Source: Bacillota bacterium (GTDB lineage Bacteria; Bacillota; DTU025). From it: a stretch of DNA of 64,000 nucleotides. Position numbers and translations under genes: made by a program. Every line of letters starts with the position of its first letter. Position 1 is the first letter of the stretch. The stretch is from assembly GCA_050951805.1 (NCBI GenBank), contig JBMNJT010000008.1:384001-448000 (forward strand), given 5' to 3'. Below the pieces are notes generated by a model that saw nothing but the letters and a program-made list of their open reading frames with translations, did not search any database and had not been told where the DNA came from. Below are positions 59,494 through 64,000 of the stretch, in pieces.

Positions 59494-59522
59494 TTGCATG
59501 CCTCGAGGTCGTACGTTATAAT
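59494..59522 (+). promoter_or_regulatory. SigA promoter of the tRNA operon
   Basis: TTGCAT-17-TATAAT directly after the right TSD. Confidence 0.85.
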
Positions 59523-59543
59523 AATTAAGCGCCGGGCGGCAAA

Positions 59544-59619
59544 GGGCGAATAGCTCAGTTGGGAGAGCGCCTGCCTTACACGCAGGAGGTCACAGGTTCG
59601 AGCCCTGTTTCGCCCACCA
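59544..59619 (+). tRNA. tRNA-Val(TAC)
   Basis: Cloverleaf; anticodon loop CTTACAC; encoded CCA. Confidence 0.96.
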
Positions 59620-59645
59620 CTTTAAGATAAGGTTTTAAGTTGTGC

Positions 59646-59722
59646 GGAGGCGTAGTGTAGCGGTTGAACATGCCTGCCTGTCACGCAGGAGATCGCGGGT
59701 TCGAGTCCCGTCGCCTCCGCCA
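59646..59722 (+). tRNA. tRNA-Asp(GTC)
   Basis: Anticodon loop CTGTCAC; G discriminator; CCA. Confidence 0.96.
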
Positions 59723-59742
59723 TTATTTTCGGTCAATGCTGA

Positions 59743-59818
59743 GCCGAGGTAGCTCAGTCGGTAGAGCAGGGGACTGAAAATCCCCGTGTCGGCAGTTCGA
59801 TTCTGCCCCTCGGCACCA
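59743..59818 (+). tRNA. tRNA-Phe(GAA)
   Basis: Anticodon loop CTGAAAA; CCA. Confidence 0.96.
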
Positions 59819-59831
59819 TGTCGGGTTATAT

Positions 59832-59906
59832 GCGGAAGTGGCTCAGCGGTAGAGCATCGCCTTGCCAAGGCGAGGGTCGCGGGTTCGAATCCCGTCTTCC
59901 GCTCCA
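59832..59906 (+). tRNA. tRNA-Gly(GCC)
   Basis: Anticodon loop TTGCCAA; TCCA end. Confidence 0.96.
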
Positions 59907-59944
59907 TAGATTTTCCACACGGCCCTATGGCCGTGTCATTTGCC

Positions 59945-60019
59945 GGCGACATAGCCAAGTGGTAAGGCAGCGGTCTGCAAAACCGCTATTCCCCGGTTCG
60001 AATCCGGGTGTCGCCTCCA
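59945..60019 (+). tRNA. tRNA-Cys(GCA)
   Basis: Anticodon loop CTGCAAA; TCCA end. Confidence 0.96.
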
Positions 60020-60034
60020 AATTAGATCGGTTTT

Positions 60035-60111
60035 GGGGTGCTAGCTCAGTTGGTTAGAGCGCAACGTTGACATCGTTGAGGCCAGTGGTTCGACTCCACT
60101 GCACCCCACCA
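60035..60111 (+). tRNA. tRNA-Val(GAC)
   Basis: Anticodon loop TTGACAT; ACCA end. Confidence 0.95.
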
Positions 60112-60131
60112 TTGAATGGTTTCAGCCCCGA

Positions 60132-60174
60132 CCCCGAGGAATTGCCTTGATGCAGGTAAGCCTCGGGGCCTTTT
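60132..60174 (+). terminator. Terminator of the tRNA operon
   Basis: CCCCGAGG/CCTCGGGG stem followed by TTTT. Confidence 0.7.
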
Positions 60175-60611
60175 CATGTCCAGCACGATCGCTCCCGGTC
60201 GATGTCTTGGACGCCGCTTACCCTGCAATTGGTATGCAAGCCACATGCAGACTCTGCGGACATGTTTCAGCAGTATCTGGCTCTAAGGGCACGCGCTTCA
60301 GGCACAGATGTCGTTGCGCATGGAGGAGGCTTTTCGGGCAAGATATGCGTGCTGTTTCGGATATCGCCTTCGGCTGCAGGTTGCCTAAAAGGACTGTAGC
60401 GAGGTTTTTGACATTTAGGATCAGGCGTCTTCCTGCAAACCTCAAAAAGGGACGCGCCTCTGCATGTGACAGGTGGTGTAGCTCTGTTGCTGTGTACACG
60501 ATTTGCCCGTAGGGCGTTTTTTTGACATGCCTCAGAATCCGGGAAAAGACATTTAATCACGATATTGACCCGTATGCCATGTATTGAGACATTATGCCCC
60601 GTGTCTGCCCA

Positions 60612-60642
60612 TCGTATACGCTTGTTGTCCCCGACATATACT
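60612..60642 (+). promoter_or_regulatory. SigE-like sporulation promoter upstream of ytxC
   Basis: TCGTATA-16-CATATACT. Confidence 0.55.
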
Positions 60643-60667
60643 AGTCGCTGAAGGGGGGCAAAGCGGG

Positions 60668-61597
60668 ATGGACTGCGTCCATATCGGCTCCTACCTCGCT
60701 GCTGACTCGTTGAGGAGGCGGCTCTTTAATGAGTTGGATGGTATGCGCGCTCAGGGCTTGGATGTGTCGGTAGAGATCAAATACCTGGGCGGGTTGACGA
60801 TGATAGAGTGCATGGCCAGCGCTCGCCCGGAGAGGCCGTTGGACGATAGTGAGCTGCGCTCCATATTTCGGCGGCGGCTCGCCAATGTTGTAGCTCGTCT
60901 GATTTTCGAGGAGTTGGAGAAATCTTTCATTCTTGAGACTCTCAGACATCGCCACCCCGAAATTGATGACAATGAGGCTGGGGAAGTGTCGGGCTATGCC
61001 ATAGCCATACTTAATGACGGGATCTTTGGAATGCTGGAACCTGCGATTCGTCTGAGTGAAGTGGCAGCCGACATAGAGGCGTATTTGCGCGATTCTAGCC
61101 TGTTGGTGGTTGAAGGCTTTGTGCGCTTCAGAATGAGGGAGTATTTGGACGAATTGCGGAGCTCTACGGAAGAGGCTATTGGCAAGTTCGTGGCTGAACG
61201 GGAACGCAAAGAGTTCGTTAAGCTTTTGAAGTACTTCGTAGATGTTCAGGAGGAACGCCAGGACGAGGTTCACGTGGTTCGAGACGGCGCAGGATTCGAG
61301 CTCAAGTCAGCAGATGGAACGCCGATAGAAGGAGATTATGTTGCTTCTTTAGCAGCGGATTTGTTGGGCGACGGAATTGAGGTTGTAGATCTCTTGATTA
61401 GCGCCCTCATAACTGTGGCTCCTCGAAAGGTAGTCCTCCATTTTGAGCCAGAGTTGGAAACTGCAGATACGCTGGATAGCGTATTCGAAGGCAGAGTAAT
61501 AAAGTGTTGCAACCCAGATTGTGGGTTTTCAGGCTGTGAAATGCGCATCCCGAATAGGGCTGGCAAAGGCCCCGTAAACCCAATTGGAAGGCGGTGA
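60668..61597 (+). CDS. ytxC: Putative sporulation protein YtxC
   Basis: EGFVRFR..EY, EF.KLLKYFV..Q, DLLISALITVAP..VVLH, VFEGRV; lies upstream of thrS as in Bacillus. Confidence 0.85.
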   Translation: MDCVHIGSYLAADSLRRRLFNELDGMRAQGLDVSVEIKYLGGLTMIECMASARPERPLDDSELRSIFRRRLANVVARLIFEELEKSFILETLRHRHPEIDDNEAGEVSGYAIAILNDGIFGMLEPAIRLSEVAADIEAYLRDSSLLVVEGFVRFRMREYLDELRSSTEEAIGKFVAERERKEFVKLLKYFVDVQEERQDEVHVVRDGAGFELKSADGTPIEGDYVASLAADLLGDGIEVVDLLISALITVAPRKVVLHFEPELETADTLDSVFEGRVIKCCNPDCGFSGCEMRIPNRAGKGPVNPIGRR

Positions 61598-61679
61598 TAT
61601 GATCTGACCCCGTACCCGCTTCGGGGTTGGCTCTGCTGCTACTTTGCGGGCGGGCTGTGGGTCGGGCGTTGAGCCTGTA

Positions 61680-61709
61680 TTGACATCTGTGGCTTTGCCG
61701 AGCTAGAAT
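61680..61709 (+). promoter_or_regulatory. SigA promoter for the thrS leader
   Basis: TTGACA-18-TAGAAT. Confidence 0.75.
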
Positions 61710-61729
61710 GTATCTAATTGAACGCGTAT

Positions 61730-61982
61730 ATGGCGATGATGAGGACGAGTAAGCTTTGGAACCCTCAGAGACGGCGGGCCATGCGGTGGGAGTCTGCCGG
61801 GGTGTAGATTGCTGAAAACCACCTCTGAGCTTGCTGCTGAAACCGCTGAGGCGGGATTAGGCTGGCACGGCTGGCCGCCGTTATGTGGCTTTTAAGAGGG
61901 CGCGATCTGCGCCAAGCCGGGTGGAACCGCGGGTTAACCCCGTCCCGATGATGGATCATTTAGGGACGGGGTTGTTGTTTTT
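61730..61982 (+). promoter_or_regulatory. T-box riboswitch (Thr; specifier ACC)
   Basis: Specifier ACC at 61818-61820; T-box GGGTGGAACCGCG at about 61919-61931; terminator AACCCCGTCCC/GGGACGGGGTT plus T tract. Confidence 0.92.
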
Positions 61983-62069
61983 CCAGTTGGCATGCGTAGT
62001 TACGAGCTGGTGGCTGGATTGTACATTGAGTTGGCTGAGCATTGAAACGTGCAAGGGGGCAGGAGACTG

Positions 62070-63995
62070 ATGGAGAACGTGAAAGTGACTTTGCCGGACG
62101 GTGCCGTTATTGAGCTTCCTTCCGGAACTACAGTGGGCGAATTGGCTTCCCGCATCGGCAGGCGATTGGCCGCGAAGGCGGTCGTCGGTCTTGTGGACGG
62201 TGTAGCCGTTGACCTCTCATTCCCTATTTCCGAAGATTGCCATGTGACTATACTGGACGCAACATCGCCCGAGGGGCTTAACACAATGCGCCATTCCGCG
62301 GCGCATGTAATGGCACAGGCTGTGAAGAGACTGTTTCCCGGAGTAAAGCTCGCAATAGGGCCGACGATCGATGATGGGTTCTATTACGATTTCGACATCG
62401 ACCATGCCTTTACTTCCGAGGATCTTGAGAAAATCGAAGCGGAAATGGCGAAGATCATCGCCGAGGATCTCCCAATAGTCCGTCAAGAGGTGTCCTGGGT
62501 CGAGGCCATGGACGTGTTGAAGAGTGGCGACGAGGTTTACAAGATGGAGCTCCTCAATGAACTCGGTGATGGTGAGGTCAGCTTCTATCGACAGGGCGAG
62601 TTTTGCGACATGTGTCGTGGGCCTCATCTGCCGAGAACGGGAATGATCGGCGCCTTCAAGCTTCTCAGCGTGGCCGGGGCGTACTGGCGAGGCGATGAGA
62701 ACAGGCCCATGCTCTCAAGAATATACGGAACCGCTTTCCCCACCCGGAAAGAGCTCGACGAGCATCTGCGCCTTCTGGAGGAGGCTGCCAAGAGGGATCA
62801 TAGAAAGCTCGGCAAGGAGCTCGACATATTCAGCGTTCACGAGGAGGCAGGCGCTGGGCTTATCTTCTATCACCCTCATGGCGCAGCCATCCGCCACTCT
62901 ATTGAGGACTTTTGGATGCGTGAACACATAGCGCGGGGGTATAAGCCTGTTATCACTCCGCACATTGCAGAATCGACGCTATGGACCATATCAGGGCACA
63001 ATGACTATTACCGGGAGAACATGTATTACCTGTCCATAGACGAGAAGGAGTATGTTCTGAAGCCCATGAATTGTCCCGGGCATATACTGATATACAAGAC
63101 TGCTACGAGAAGCTATCGGGATATGCCGATACGCTACTGCGAACTGGGGACTGTGTACAGATATGAACGTTCTGGGGCTCTTCACGGGTTGCTCAGGGTG
63201 AGGGGATTCACTCAGGATGACGCTCACATCTTTTGCACCCCTGAGCAGCTGCGGGATGAAATTGTAGGGGTGATTGATCTTACCCAGTTCATGCTGAAGA
63301 GCTTTGGATTTTCGGAATACGAGTTTTTCCTGTCAACAAGGCCAGAGAAGTCGGTGGGATCGGACGAAAACTGGGAGCGTGCGACAGCGGCTCTCCGGGA
63401 TGCATTAGAAGGCCACGGGCTTAAGTATACCGTAGATCCAGGTGAGGGCGTGTTTTACGGCCCAAAGATCGATACCAAGCTCAAGGATTCTCTCGGCCGT
63501 CTCTGGCAGGGGCCAACAATTCAGGTGGATTTCAACTTGCCCGAAAGGTTCGATGTAAACTACATCGGAGAGGATGGAGAGAAACACAGGGCTATCATGA
63601 TACACAGAACCGTCCTTGGCAGCATGGAGCGGTTTATGGGGTGTTTGATTGAGCAGTATGCAGGCGCCTTGCCTGTATGGCTCTCTCCAGTTCAGGCAAG
63701 AGTTCTCTCCATCGGCGATCGACATATCGACTATGCCATGGGAATTGCCAGGAACTTGTCGGAACGAGGGTTTAGGGTTGACACGGATGTCCGAGATGAG
63801 AAAATCGGATACAAGATACGCGAAGCCCAACTTGAAAAGACTCCGTACATGCTCATCGTAGGCGACAGGGAAATGGAATCCGGCCAGGTTGCAGTGAGGG
63901 CGCGCCGAGGCGGTGATCTGGGTGCCATGACTTTGAATCAGTTCGCCGACAGGCTTCGCGCAGAAGTTGACTCTCGCACGTGCGAGGATGTTTGA
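62070..63995 (+). CDS. thrS: Threonyl-tRNA synthetase
   Basis: TGS domain, RHSAAH, DMCRGPH, RDHRKLG, KPMNCPGH, FYGPKID. Confidence 0.97.
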   Translation: MENVKVTLPDGAVIELPSGTTVGELASRIGRRLAAKAVVGLVDGVAVDLSFPISEDCHVTILDATSPEGLNTMRHSAAHVMAQAVKRLFPGVKLAIGPTIDDGFYYDFDIDHAFTSEDLEKIEAEMAKIIAEDLPIVRQEVSWVEAMDVLKSGDEVYKMELLNELGDGEVSFYRQGEFCDMCRGPHLPRTGMIGAFKLLSVAGAYWRGDENRPMLSRIYGTAFPTRKELDEHLRLLEEAAKRDHRKLGKELDIFSVHEEAGAGLIFYHPHGAAIRHSIEDFWMREHIARGYKPVITPHIAESTLWTISGHNDYYRENMYYLSIDEKEYVLKPMNCPGHILIYKTATRSYRDMPIRYCELGTVYRYERSGALHGLLRVRGFTQDDAHIFCTPEQLRDEIVGVIDLTQFMLKSFGFSEYEFFLSTRPEKSVGSDENWERATAALRDALEGHGLKYTVDPGEGVFYGPKIDTKLKDSLGRLWQGPTIQVDFNLPERFDVNYIGEDGEKHRAIMIHRTVLGSMERFMGCLIEQYAGALPVWLSPVQARVLSIGDRHIDYAMGIARNLSERGFRVDTDVRDEKIGYKIREAQLEKTPYMLIVGDREMESGQVAVRARRGGDLGAMTLNQFADRLRAEVDSRTCEDV

Positions 63996-64000
63996 CGCAG

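Noticed and set aside
59544-60111. tRNA-associated integrated island or prophage
   Set aside because: No integrase and no duplicated tRNA 3' end seen downstream
60435-60490. c-di-GMP-I riboswitch-like string GCAAACC..GGGACGC..GCCTC upstream of ytxC
   Set aside because: Lacks the GNRA tetraloop stem, the AAA junction and a proper P3/P1; a cmscan with RF01051 would be needed

Overview
64-kb chromosomal window, essentially all genes on the + strand. It comes from an anaerobic, spore-forming Firmicute (Bacillota) of moderately high GC, possibly diderm. In order: end of a ribose-type ABC operon; a COG2403 cDPGS/arginine-synthetase-like gene; a beta-barrel-like exported protein; a standalone EF-G paralog; and T-box-valS-nth-folC. 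Next is a ~22-kb redox/energy cluster: a DRTGG/Ser-Thr kinase/group D [FeFe]-hydrogenase/PHP/HATPase module, rseC, rex, nfnAB, fhs, a hydD-C-B-A [FeFe]-hydrogenase with non-bifurcating HydB signatures, and rnfCDGEAB. This cluster is interrupted by an SRA-like/HNH/NUDIX fusion gene and two tiny sigmaK-type membrane peptides. Then come maf-radC-mreBCD-pbp2-minCDE-rodA-spoIVFB, a radical SAM pair, RNase E/G, rplU-prp-rpmA, UPF0182 and an Ogg glycosylase. An IS1202/ISNCY-family element with a 16-bp target duplication sits directly upstream of a six-tRNA operon promoter, followed by ytxC and T-box-thrS. The best novelty candidates are the SRA-HNH-NUDIX fusion and the Rnf-linked non-bifurcating hydrogenase cluster. 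All family assignments come from motif recognition by eye; no searches were run.
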